The notes under the pieces were generated by a model, which saw only the letters and a program-made list of their open reading frames with translations, was not told where the DNA came from and did no database searches. DNA of 64,000 nucleotides from positions 1,024,001 to 1,088,000 of the forward strand of contig OY970320.1 in the NCBI GenBank assembly GCA_963716745.1. The letters run 5' to 3'. Both the position numbers and the translations under genes were made by a program. This document shows positions 31,013 to 41,900 of the stretch, in pieces. The stretch comes from an uncultured Gemmatimonadaceae bacterium. Its GTDB lineage: Bacteria > Gemmatimonadota > Gemmatimonadetes > Gemmatimonadales > Gemmatimonadaceae. Numbering within the stretch: the first letter of the stretch is position 1; each line of letters opens with the position of its first letter.

Positions 31013-31336
31013 ATGCGCTCACGAACTCTTCGCGTGGCGACCGCTGCGCTCTTGATAGCAAGCTCCTCGTTCGGAATTTCCGCGTGTTACAGCGCCGAGG
31101 CGGGCGGAATGTATGTGGCGTTCGCCCCGCCCGTGCCGCCGGTGGAAGAGGTGATCGTCCAGCCCCAGCCGAATTTCGTGTGGGTGCCCGGCTACTACTC
31201 ATACGCCAATACGCACTACGTATGGGTGGGCGGCCGCTGGGCGGCTCCGCCGGACGGCTACCATCGCTGGGTCGAAGGCCATTGGCGCGAGACCAAGAAA
31301 GGCTGGCACTTCGAAGAAGGGCGCTGGGAGAAATAG
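31013..31336 (+). CDS. YXWGXW-repeat lipoprotein
   Basis: ISAC lipobox; FVWVPGYY, YVWVGGRW, RWVEGHW, HFEEGRW. Confidence 0.88.
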   Translation: MRSRTLRVATAALLIASSSFGISACYSAEAGGMYVAFAPPVPPVEEVIVQPQPNFVWVPGYYSYANTHYVWVGGRWAAPPDGYHRWVEGHWRETKKGWHFEEGRWEK

Positions 31337-31399
31337 TGCATCGCGCATCGTGCATCGTGCATCGGCGTCTCAATGCGCGATGCACGATGCCCGATGAAC
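31336..31399. repeat. Heptamer palindrome (GTGCATC x4, then inverted x4)
   Basis: gtgcatc gcgcatc gtgcatc gtgcatc ... aatgcgc gatgcac gatgccc gatgaac. Confidence 0.8.
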
Positions 31400-31400
31400 G

Positions 31401-33896
31401 TCAGTCGTCCCTCAGCGCGATCGATGGATCCAGCCCCGCCGCGCGACGCGCCGGCAGCCAGCAGGCCAACGCCGCGATCGCCACGAAGAGCACGGCCACG
31501 GCACTGAACGTCACCGGATCCGTTGGCGCGACGCCCACGAGCAGACTTCGCATCACTCTCGTGAGCGCGAACGACGCGACCAGTCCCACGCCGATCCCGG
31601 CCAGCGCTCAGCTTCATTCCCTGCCCGATCACCATCGAGAAGATCCCCGTCTTCGGCGCGCCGAGCGCCATGCGCACGCCGATCTCCGCCGTGCGCTGCC
31701 GCACCGCGGTGCTGAGCACACCGTAGAGTCCCACGCCGCTCAGGATCACGGCGATCGCCGCGAACGCGCCAATGAGCACGAGCGCGAAGCGCGTCGGCGC
31801 GCGCATGCTCTGTCCACGAAGCTCTCCATCGGCCGCACATCGGCAGATGGTGGCACTCGGCTCCAGCGCGCGCACCGCTTCACGCGCCGCCGACGTGAGC
31901 GCCGCCGGGTCGCCCTTGGTGCGCAGCGACCAACCGCCCAGGTTGCCGAAGAAGAACTGACCGTCGGTGAAGTACATCGTCTCGCGTCCGGGCGCCGCGA
32001 GCGTCAGGTGGCGCTGATGCTTCACCACGCCAATGACGTTCACGTACTCCGCCGTATCGGCGCGGAAGCGCACGAGCAGCCGCTTGCCCAGCGGATCCGC
32101 GCCCGGGAACGCCTTCGCGGCCAGCAGGTCGTCGATGATCACCGACTGCGATTTCGGGATGTTCTCCGCCTCGGTGAAATCGCGCCCCGCAATGATCGGC
32201 GTGTGCATCGCGGCGAAGAATCCCGGCGCCACGATGAATGAGTTCGCTTGCTTGAACGCCGCCATGTCGGTCGCCGCAGCCTCGGTGCCCCACCGCACGT
32301 TCGATTCCTGCCCGTCGAGCAGCGTCGGGAACGATGACGTCAATTCCGTCACGCCCGGCACCGCGGAGAGCCGATCGTTCAACGCCCGTTGGAACGCCTG
32401 CCGCTGCATCCTGGTTCATGCGCCGCGCGATCTGCAGGTTGAACGTGAGCACGCCGTGCGGATCGAACCCGGGATCGGTGTTCACGAGCGCGAGGAAGCT
32501 GCGGAACATCAAGCCGCCGCCGATGAGCAGCACGAAGGCGAGCGCGACCTCCGCCATCACCGACAGCTGTTGCGGAGCCGGCGGCCGCTGCCGAGCCCCT
32601 CATTGCGTCCGCTCTGGCGCAGCGTAGAAATGAGATCGGGGCGCGACGCGCGCAGCGCCGGCATCACGCCGAACAATGCCGCGGCCACCAGCGCGGCGAA
32701 CATCGTGTACAGCAGCACGCCGCCATCGATCCCGACATACGCGAGATTCGGGAATGTCCTGCGGGCCGATCGCCACGAGCATGCCGATCCCCGCTTTCGC
32801 GACCGCCAGTCCCAGCACCGCGCCGCCCATGGCGAGCACGAGCGCCTCGGCGAGCATCTGCCGCACGAGCCGCGAGCGGCTGCCGCCGAACGCCGCGCGC
32901 ACCGCGAGCTCGCGCTCGCGCCGCGACGTGCGCACCAGGATGAGGTTCGCGACGTTCGCGCAGGCGATGAGCAGCACGAAGGCCACGGCGCCGAGCAGGG
33001 CGACGAGCGCCGGCTTCACCTCCGAGACCAGTTCGGCGTCCATCGGCACCGCGCGGAAGTAGACGCCCGCCGTCGTCTTGATCGGGAATTTCTTGCGCAG
33101 ATCGATCCCGAGCGCGTCGAGCTGCGCCTGCGCTTGTCCAAAGCGTCGCGCCGGGCTTGAGGCGCCCGATGAGACGGAAGATCACATTGATCCGCGATCC
33201 CTTCTCGAGGTCGATTCGCGCGGCCTGGAAGACGTCGTGATCGGGCGTGATCCCGTAGCGCGGCGGGAAGAGGATCTGCAGCCCGGGCGCCGCGACGCCC
33301 ACGATGTGGCCCATGTTGAAGCCCATGTCGAGCGTCTTGCCAATGACATTCGGATCGCCACCGAAGTGACTTTTCCAGAATTCGTTCGAGAGGATCACCG
33401 CGACATCCTGCGGCGGTGGCGGCGGCGCATTCGCGGCCGGCGGGGTGTTGGGCTGCGGCGGAGGCGGGATCGCGTCGTCGTCGTTGAAGTCGCGGCCGAG
33501 GGCCACCTTGGCGCCCAGCACGCGAAGGAGGTTCGGCGTCACGAATCCGAGCTTGATCTGCTCGGGCTCGCCCTGGTCGTTCTTGAGGGAGACGCGGAAA
33601 TTGTTGATGCCCGCGATGTCGCTGAATGCCGTCGCCTGCTGGCGCATGTCCCACAGGTCCGACGGCGCGATGAAGAAGTCGTACACGTTCCGGTTCCGCA
33701 TGTCGCTCGTGACGATCGCGAGGCGCGACGGATCCGCGTATGGCAGCGGGCGCAGCATCACGGCGTTCACCACGCTGAAGATCGCGGTGCTCGCGCCAAT
33801 GCCGAGCGCGAGCGTGATGAGGGCCGTGATCGCGAACCCCGGACTCTTCCTCAGGGTGCGAACACCGTAAGCGATGTCGGACAGGAACGTTTCCAT
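31401..33896 (-). CDS. ADOP-type ABC permease (many frameshifts)
   Basis: METFLSDIAYGVRTLRKSPGF...[45 protein letters not shown]. Confidence 0.88.
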
Positions 33897-34056
33897 GGAG
33901 CACCCCAGGGATGCGGATGGGTCCGGCGGGCGGTCCTCGGTTGGACACGCCGCGTGCGGAAAAGGTGTCCTCGACCTCGGCATCGGTGCAAGCGCGCGCT
34001 TGCGCGCCGGCCGGGACCGCTGAATGGTTACGGGGACGAACTCCCTACGGAGACCC

Positions 34057-34729
34057 ATGTCGAATCGTGTCAGCTTGGGAGCCATGCTTGGCGCGATGAT
34101 CTCGATCGCGCCGGCTCGCGTTCGGTCAGGCCGTGGTGCCTGCGCCGGTGCACGTGCAGCCGGCGAACAGCCAGACCCTTCAGCAGACCGTATCGACCGC
34201 GCAGGCGATGAGCGTGAAGCCGGCGCCCGCCAATGCGGCCGCAATGCATGCCCGCGTCATGCCGCACCTGAGCGCGCCGGCGCAGAGTTGGGTCCAGTCG
34301 GAGGCGAGGGTGATCGCCGGGCGGAATCTCAGTTCCTCGCAGATGATCGGGATGGCCCAGTCCGATGTGAAGAGCCGGTTCGCCGGCCAGGGGCTGTCCA
34401 ACATGGACATCGACCAGCTCGTGCAGCTGGTGATGTTCCAGACGGCACAGGACGCGCAGAACGATCTCAAGGACCAGCTCGCCGCGGTGCAGAAGAGCAA
34501 CCAGGAGAAGGCGGCCCAGCGAAACGCGGCGAACCTCCAGAAGCAGCAGGCCGCGGCCATCAAGGATTCGCTCAAGAACCATCAGGACCAAGCGGGTGAC
34601 GTCTCGCAGGAACAACAGATGAAGATGCAGACATACATGAACCGCATGAGCCAGGCGGAGAAAGCTATGAGCAACATGCTGCAGAGGATGTCGCAGACGA
34701 ACTCCGGCATCCTGTCGAACCTCAAGTAA
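34057..34729 (+). CDS. Secreted Gln-rich helical protein with T3SS filament/needle-like C-terminus (one frameshift near 34114)
   Basis: MSNRVSLGAMLGAMISIAP-LAFG|QAVV after removing one G; C-terminus QMKMQTYMNRMSQAEKAMSNMLQRMSQTNSGILSNLK. Confidence 0.65.
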
Positions 34730-34755
34730 CGTTCGTCATCCCCTCGGAGAATCCC

Positions 34756-35658
34756 ATGATCCCCTTCCGCGCGATCTTCGTCGCAGCGCTGTATCTCCTT
34801 AAGACGGGTTCGTTCCTGCAGTTGCCAGGCATTACGGGTGAGAGTACGGATATGAAGCACAAAGACTGGATCGCGCTCGAATCGGTGAGCTTCGGCGTCA
34901 CCAATGCCGCGGCGTCGGGCAGCGGGGCGAGCACGAGGTCGAGCAGTAGCAGGACGTCGTCGAGAGACATCCAGATCACCAAGCTCAACGATAGGTCATC
35001 GGCGGAGCTCATGCAGGCCGCCGCGAACGGCAAGCATTTCGCCACTGCGGAGATCGATGTTGGCACGACCCGCTATCTGCTGAAGGAGGTGATCGTCGCG
35101 TCGGTGCAGCAGACGGGGCATGGCTCGGGCGGGGGTGAGCCGACGGAGCACCTGACGCTGGTCTACGAGAGCATTCAGATCATCTATCCGCCGAAGCCAG
35201 GCACGACGGCCGCGGCCGGGGCCGCTGCCGCACCGCGCCCGACGACCATGGCGGCACCACCGATGGCCGCGCCGCCCGCTGCGCCGCCCACTGCGCCGAC
35301 CCGGGCGATGGCTGCCGCTCCGGCCACTATGTCGGCACCGGCCGCGACGAGCCCCGTCGCGCTCGAACAGCAACTCACGCAGTCACTCAGTGGAGCGGGC
35401 CGGACGTGGGTCGCGACGGAAGGCCGCGCATTGTCGCAGAATAACGGGAGCGCGGATCAACTGGTGGCCGCCGCGCGCCAGAGCGCGCAATCGCGGTTCG
35501 GCGCTCAGCCCGCCAACGTCACGAACGCGCTCGCGTTTCTCGCGCTCATGGACGCCACCAAGGCGGATCACAATCTCGCGCAATTGCAGCCCGCGATCCG
35601 CGAAGTGATGGGCGCGACGAACGCGAGCGCGGCGGGAGGGCTCGCGAACTTACACTAG
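34756..35658 (+). CDS. hcp: Hcp (T6SS tube) domain fused via a Pro/Ala linker to a helical domain shared with the upstream gene
   Basis: FLQLPGITGESTDMKHKDWIALESVSFGV...DIQITKLNDRSSAELMQAAANGKHF...LKEVIVASVQ...PTEHLTLVYESIQIIY. Confidence 0.88.
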   Translation: MIPFRAIFVAALYLLKTGSFLQLPGITGESTDMKHKDWIALESVSFGVTNAAASGSGASTRSSSSRTSSRDIQITKLNDRSSAELMQAAANGKHFATAEIDVGTTRYLLKEVIVASVQQTGHGSGGGEPTEHLTLVYESIQIIYPPKPGTTAAAGAAAAPRPTTMAAPPMAAPPAAPPTAPTRAMAAAPATMSAPAATSPVALEQQLTQSLSGAGRTWVATEGRALSQNNGSADQLVAAARQSAQSRFGAQPANVTNALAFLALMDATKADHNLAQLQPAIREVMGATNASAAGGLANLH

Positions 35659-35659
35659 C

Positions 35660-36049
35660 TCACTTCTTCTCCGTCACCGGCTCGGGGAAGACTTTAGCCC
35701 AGTCGGCCGCGCTCAGCACGTTCCGGAGATCGAAGATCCGGTCGGTGAGGTGACTCGCGTTCGCCGAATCGGCGGCGATGAACGGCTTCACGTCGGCCAC
35801 GAGCTGCCCGTCCGTCGTGGCGCGGTCGGCGAGGGCGGTCTTGAGCGACGCGATCAGCTTCGAGCGCTCCTTCTGGAACGCTTCATTCTCAACCTTCGCC
35901 GAATCCACGATGGCCAGCGCCTGTTTTTTCGTGGGCTCCGCCGTGATGCTCTTGTCGATGCCCTTGCTCGCGGCTTCGATGTGCTGCTGGATGAGCGCCG
36001 AGGCGCCACCATGCAGCAAGAAGTAGGCGATGATCAGCGAGGTCAGCAT
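35660..36049 (-). CDS. Small helical membrane-anchored hypothetical protein
   Basis: N-terminal hydrophobic helix; all-alpha; ends LRNVLSAADWAKVF. Confidence 0.7.
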   Translation of the reverse strand: MLTSLIIAYFLLHGGASALIQQHIEAASKGIDKSITAEPTKKQALAIVDSAKVENEAFQKERSKLIASLKTALADRATTDGQLVADVKPFIAADSANASHLTDRIFDLRNVLSAADWAKVFPEPVTEKK

Positions 36050-36064
36050 GGGATACGCTCCGTT

Positions 36065-36517
36065 TCAGTATTCGAGCGCCTGGACTTCGGCTTCGGAGAG
36101 CTTCAAACGCGCATTCTTGAGCTGCTGCCACTCCGCATTGGTGGCCATCGCCGCCATGCGCGATCGCAGCGCCGCGAGTTCGGGGACCACCGTTGCGCGC
36201 TCGGCAGCCGACGCGCTGAACACCGAATCGAATTGCGCGCGCGTGGAGCCGTAGTCGCGCGTCAACACGCCGATGCGCGCACTGGCCGCGGAGTCCCGCG
36301 ACGCGACGCCCGCGATGATACGCTGGAATTCGTTCGTCATCGCGACGAGTGAGTCGGCGCGAGCGGAGTCTGTCACGATCTTCCGGATCTCGCTTTGGAA
36401 CTGCGTCATATCGTGCTGCGCGGTCTGGCTCGGGCTCAGCTCCGGCTTCTTCGAGCACGCGGATAGCGAGAGCATGCAGGCGAGCGCCGCTGGAGCACAT
36501 TGGATGAGCGTTCTCAT
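36065..36517 (-). CDS. Helical lipoprotein, probable paralog of the downstream gene
   Basis: LSAC lipobox; ends LRSRMAAMATNAEWQQL. Confidence 0.72.
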   Translation of the reverse strand: MRTLIQCAPAALACMLSLSACSKKPELSPSQTAQHDMTQFQSEIRKIVTDSARADSLVAMTNEFQRIIAGVASRDSAASARIGVLTRDYGSTRAQFDSVFSASAAERATVVPELAALRSRMAAMATNAEWQQLKNARLKLSEAEVQALEY

Positions 36518-36628
36518 TGTCCCGTCCCTTGACAGGTCCCTTCCGCCGAGCACGCGAACGTGGAGAGGATCGCATCAGCAGTGTACGGCCGCAATACGAC
36601 CTTGTACGTATGGTTAGATTTCGGCTAC

Positions 36629-38572
36629 ATGACATTGGTCTCCATCTCCGGCGTCCGCGTCGATTTCGGCGCCACGACGATCGTTCAGGACATCACGTTC
36701 ACCGTCGCGCGCGGCGAGCGTTGGGGCATCGTGGGCCGCAACGGCGCCGGGAAGACCACGCTCTTCCGCGTGATCACCGGCGATGTGGTGCCCGTGGACG
36801 GATCGGTCGCGCGCCTGCCCGGACTCCGCGTGGCGCTGCTCGATCAGCAGCGGGACTTCGGCGGTGCGGTGACGGTGTGGGAAGCCGCGGCCTACGGGTA
36901 CCGCGAAGTGATCGCGCTCGAGAAGTCGCTCGCCGAGCACGGCGAGGAATTGGCGCGACTCGGCGACAGAGTCTCGCAGGCGGACATCGAGCGGTACGGT
37001 CACGAGCAGGAACGCTTCGCGCACGCCGGCGGCTACGATTACCACGCGAAAGTCGACGCAGTGCTGCAAGGACTCGGCTTCGATCCGGGCGAGGCGCACG
37101 GCCGCGCGCTCGCGAGCCTGAGCGGCGGCGAGCGCGGCCGGCTCGGCCTCGCCGCGCAGCTCGCGTCGCCCGCCGACCTCGTGCTGTTGGACGAGCCCAC
37201 GAACCACCTCGATCTCGACACCACGCGCTGGCTCGCCGAGTTCCTCGAGTCGTACGACGGCACCGTGATGATGATCTCGCACGATCGCGCGTTCCTGGAC
37301 GACACGGTGGATCACGTGCTGCACGTGAACGCGAAGACGGCCATCGCGTACCGCGGCGGCTACTCGTCGTTCGTGACGCAGCGCGCGGAGCGCCAGCTCG
37401 CGCAGGAGCGCCAGGTGGCGCAGCAGCGGAAGTTCATCGAGAAGGAGGAGGACTACATCCGCCGCAACATCGCGGGGCAGAACACCGCGCAGGCGAAGGG
37501 GCGGCGCACGCGCCTCGCGCGATTGCCGCGATTGTCGCCGCCGCCGGGCGAAGGGAGCGTGCTGAGCTGGCGGCTGGAGATCGCGGAGCGCGGCGGCGAC
37601 CAGGTGCTCGTGGCCGACAAACTCACCGTGGGCGTGGCGGGGCGCGTGCTGGTGCGCGATTTCTCCGCGTCGGCGCGCCGCGGCGATGTGATCGCGTTGG
37701 TCGGCCCCAACGGTGCCGGAAAGAGCACGCTGATCGCGACACTCTTGGGCGAGCGGCAGCCGATCGCGGGCGAGGCGCGCGTCGGCGGATCCGTCGGGGT
37801 CGAGTGGTTCCGGCAGGACCTCGAGCAACTTCCCAAGGACCGCACGCTCTACGATTGCATCGAGGACCTGCGCCCGCAGTGGACGCGCGGCCGCATCCAG
37901 AATCACCTCGGCAACTTCGGATTCTCGGGCGATGAAGTGCGCTGGAGCACCGCCACGCTGAGCGGCGGCGAGCGCGCGCGGCTTGCGCTCGCGATGCTCA
38001 CGCTCGGCCACGCGAACCTGCTGGTGCTCGACGAACCGACGAACCACCTGGACGTCGAGACGATCGAGGGTCTCGAGGACGCGGTGGAGGAGTACGAGGG
38101 AAGCGTGATCCTCGTGAGCCACGACCGCGCGTTCCTGCGCGAACTCGCCACGCGCGTGTGGGCGTTCCACGGCGACACGATCGAGGATTTCGCGGGCCCA
38201 TTCGTGGAATGGGAAGCGCACGCCGCGAATCGCACGGCGCGCCAGGAGAAGGCCGACGCCGAGCGCGCAGCGGCGCAGCGCGAGCAGACGCGCACGGCCG
38301 CGAAGAAGGCCGCCGCGAAGAAGGAGAGCGCGCCGAGCGACAAGAGCACGCGGAAGGCGGCCGAGGCCGGCGAACGCGAAGCGCAGCGGCTCGAAGCGCG
38401 CGTGGCAGAGTTGCAGCGCGCGCTCGAGGATCCGGCGCTCTACGGCTCCGGCGCCGACGGCGCGCGCCGCGCGGGCAAGCTCAAGGCCGAGCTCGCGGCC
38501 GCGACGCGCGAGCGCGATGCGGCGCTCGAGCGTTGGACGCTCGCGGTCGAGGCGCTCGAGAGCGGAGCGTAA
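36629..38572 (+). CDS. ABC-F family ATPase (Uup/YheS-like)
   Basis: Two NBDs (GRNGAGKT, LSGGE, LDEPTNHLD x2), no TM segments, C-terminal coiled coil. Confidence 0.95.
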   Translation: MTLVSISGVRVDFGATTIVQDITFTVARGERWGIVGRNGAGKTTLFRVITGDVVPVDGSVARLPGLRVALLDQQRDFGGAVTVWEAAAYGYREVIALEKSLAEHGEELARLGDRVSQADIERYGHEQERFAHAGGYDYHAKVDAVLQGLGFDPGEAHGRALASLSGGERGRLGLAAQLASPADLVLLDEPTNHLDLDTTRWLAEFLESYDGTVMMISHDRAFLDDTVDHVLHVNAKTAIAYRGGYSSFVTQRAERQLAQERQVAQQRKFIEKEEDYIRRNIAGQNTAQAKGRRTRLARLPRLSPPPGEGSVLSWRLEIAERGGDQVLVADKLTVGVAGRVLVRDFSASARRGDVIALVGPNGAGKSTLIATLLGERQPIAGEARVGGSVGVEWFRQDLEQLPKDRTLYDCIEDLRPQWTRGRIQNHLGNFGFSGDEVRWSTATLSGGERARLALAMLTLGHANLLVLDEPTNHLDVETIEGLEDAVEEYEGSVILVSHDRAFLRELATRVWAFHGDTIEDFAGPFVEWEAHAANRTARQEKADAERAAAQREQTRTAAKKAAAKKESAPSDKSTRKAAEAGEREAQRLEARVAELQRALEDPALYGSGADGARRAGKLKAELAAATRERDAALERWTLAVEALESGA

Positions 38573-38576
38573 GTTT

Positions 38577-38943
38577 TCATCGCGCCTTCGGTCGCGGCGC
38601 CATCCCGGCGCCGGCGCCCTCGCGCTTACACGCTTCGAGCCTCGCGCAAAGGGCGCGCGAGTCTCTCGCTACGCGCGGGGGCGCCTCTGCCGGGACGGCA
38701 CCGCTCCCTGACATCGATCTCGTGGCGAGCGCCCTTGAGCGCGCGGGAAGTCCCTCGTGCCAACGCGGAGCACCGCGCGAGCGCGCGCTGCCGTTCTCGA
38801 TCCGAAGGCGCGCGGCGCGCCCCGGAGGGCGGCGCGTGCGCGTAGCGAGAGACTCGCGGCGCAGTTCAGCCGCGAGTCTCGAAGCGTGTAAGCGCGAGCG
38901 CCGACCCGGAGCGGGTGCGTCGCGCGCCGCCTTCGCGCGATGA
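38577..38943. mobile_element. MITE-like element family D, copy 1 (long imperfect inverted arms)
   Basis: tcatcgcgcc...cgcgcttacacgcttcgag...tctctcgctacgcgc ... gcgcgtagcgagaga...ctcgaagcgtgtaagcgcg...gcgcgatga. Confidence 0.7.
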
Positions 38944-38956
38944 ACGTCCGCGCGCG

Positions 38957-41900
38957 CTACGGCGCGAGGTCCGCGGTGGCCGACACGATCGCGGGTTGTT
39001 TCAGTCGCGCGAGCTCATCGTTCACGGACTTGAGATCCGCGCCGAGTGCCTGATTCAGGGCCGCGAGCTGTTTCTGCAGCTGCGCGTTCAGGTCCTTGAA
39101 CACTTCGTACGACTGCGCCGTCGGCTTGCCGTCGGCGCTCGACACGGTGTTGTACAGCGAACCGAGTTCGTCGTTCAGCTTGATCGGGTAGTTCAGCATG
39201 TCCTGCCCAGCCCGGTTCTGCACCGAGTACAGTTCCGATTCCACCGCATTCAGTTTCGCGGTGAGCGTCGCGGCGCGCTGTTTGAGCGCATTGTCGTTCG
39301 TTCTCGCGATCGCGGCCGCCATTTGCGCTTTCACGTTGCGGCTCGTGCGCACGCCGTTGTTCGCGGCGCTCACGGCGTCGCGGATCTGGATCTGCAGCTT
39401 GAACTGTTCCTCGAGGTCCGCCTGGCTCGCCTTCGAGCGCGGATCGTTCTTCACGACGAACGTCTGCGATTCCGCCGTACCGCCATCCACGGTGAGTTTC
39501 ACCGTGTACGTGCCCGGCACTGCGACCGGTCCCTGCAGGAATCCCGTCCAGAGTACCATGCGGCTGAACCACGCGGCATCGGGATACTGGAGATCCCACA
39601 CGAAGCGGTTCATCCCCTTCTTGTTCGGCGCGCGCTCGGGCGGGAATGGATGCGCCGGTGCTTCTTCCGCCTCCGGCTGCACGTGGCGAATGACATTCGT
39701 ATCCACGGCCGCCGCGAGCACGCCGAGGTTCCGGAGACTGTCGAGCTTGCCGCGGTACCGCGTGCTGTCGGTGAACGCGAAAGTGTCGGCCGCGCTCGTG
39801 AACGTCTTGATGAGCGTGCCCTTCGCGTCAAAGAATTCGAGCGTCACCTTTTGGTCGGCGCTCTTCACCCAGTAATCGATGATCGCGCCGAACGGCGGAT
39901 TCTGGCCGCCCGGAATGCCGAGCTCCGGACCCGAACCGCCGAAATCCGCGCGAATGACCACGGCCGGCGCGAAGAGATGCGACGCGCCCGCGATCGCGTC
40001 GGGCGCGAGTGCGCGCAGCGTCGCGACGTCGTCCATGATCCAGAACGACCGGCCGTGCGTGGCGGCGACGAGGTCGTTGTCCTTCACCACGAGGTCGTGC
40101 ACCGGCACCGGCGGCAAGTTCCGCTGGAGGCGCTGCCAGTGGCCGCCGTCATCGAACGAGATCCACACGCCGCGCTCGGTGCCGGCGTACAGCATCCCCT
40201 TCCGCACGGGATCCTCGCGCACGACGCGCACGAACTCGTCCGTCGTGATCCCCGCGTCGATGCGCTTCCAACTCTTGCCGTAGTCGGTGGTCATGAAGAT
40301 GTACGGCCGCATATCGTCCAGCTGATACCGGTTCGCGGCCACATACGCGGTGCCTGCATCGTGCGGCGACGGCTCGATCATCGACACCCGCGTGAAATCG
40401 CCGAGATCCTTCGGCGTCACGTTGGTCCATTTGCCGCCGTTGTCGCGTGTGATCTGGATGAATCCATCATCGGACCCGGTCCAGATGGTCCCCTTCTCCT
40501 TCGGCGACTCGGCGATGGTGAAGATCGTCCCGTATGTCTCGACGCCGGTCTGGTCTTTCGTGATCGGGCCGCCGGATGGACCGAGCGTCGCCGGATCGTG
40601 CCGCGTGAGATCGGGGCTGATCGCCTTCCACGACATCCCCTGATCGGTAGAGCGGAAGAGCACGTTCGCGCCGACATACAGCACGTTCGGATCGTGCGGC
40701 GAGATCGCGATGGGCGTCGTCCACTGCATGCGATACTGGATGTCCGACGACGGATGGCCGAGCGGGTTCACCGGCCAGGGCGAAACATCCTTCTCGAAGC
40801 CGGTAAGCAGGTCGACGCGGCTGATGAATCCGCCGTAGCAGCCGGCGAAGACGATGTTCGGCTGGTCGGGGCGCGACACCACGTAGCCGCTCTCGCAGCC
40901 ACCGCCGTTCTTCCAATCGCCGTAGTGGATCCCGCCCGCGTTCGCGCTCGGCCCGCACAGGCTGGTGTTGTCCTGCTGCGCGCCGCACACCCAGTACGGG
41001 AAATCCGTGGTGGTGGACACATGATAGAACTGCGCGGTGGCGAAGCTCTGCGCCGTCCAGCTCTGGCCCGCGTTGATGCTGACGTTGGCGCCGCCATCGT
41101 TTGAATTGATCATGCGCTGCGGATTGTCACTCGCGATCCACAGGTCGTGATTGTCGCCGTGCGGATCGCGCACGCGGCTGAACGTCCGGCCGCCGTCGCG
41201 CGAGCGCCAGATCGAGGTGTTGAGCACGTACACCGTGAGCGAGTCCTTCGGATCGGCAAAGATGCGCGAGTAATACCACGCGCGCTGGCGCAGCTTGCGC
41301 TCCCAGTTCATGCGCGTCCACGTCGCGCCCGCGTCATCGGAGCGGTACACGCCGCCCGAGTCGTTTTCAATGATGGCCCACACGCGCGCGGGCATCGCCG
41401 GGGAGATCGTGATACCGATGTTGCCGATCACGCCTTTGGGCATGCCGGGATTGCGCGTGATCTCCTTCCAGTTGTCGCCGCCATCGGTGGTCTTGAAGAT
41501 GCCGCTGCCCGCGCCGCCACTCGAGAGCAGCCACGGCTTGCGCCCCGCCTGCCAGAAGGCCGCGTAGAGCACTTTGGGATCGGCGGGATCCATCGCGAGG
41601 TCGGTGACGCCGGTGGAATCGTTGCGGAAGAGGATCTTCTTCCACGTCTTTCCGCCATCGCTCGTGCGATACACGCCGCGCTCGGGGTTCGGCCCATAGG
41701 TGTGGCCCTGCGCGCCGACGTACACCACATCGGGATCCTTCGGGTGGATGCGCACGCGCGAGATCTGGCGCGTCTCGGCGAGACCGAGATAGGTCCACGT
41801 GCGGCCACCGTCGCTCGAGCGGTACATGCCGTCGCCGTGCGACACGTTCCCGCGGATCGGGTACTCGCCCGTGCCGACGTAGACGACGTCCGGATTCGTT

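Noticed and set aside
30538..31385. ORFs with internal peptide repeats (REYRVVRVRPRMAG...)
   Set aside because: They are translations of the 37-bp DNA repeat and overlap real genes.
34756..35658. Type VI secretion gene cluster
   Set aside because: Only an Hcp domain is present; no tssB/C, vgrG, PAAR, tssM or clpV in the window.
36629..38572. Antibiotic-resistance ABC-F (ARE)
   Set aside because: Architecture with a C-terminal coiled coil fits housekeeping Uup/YheS-like proteins; no leader peptide or resistance context seen.
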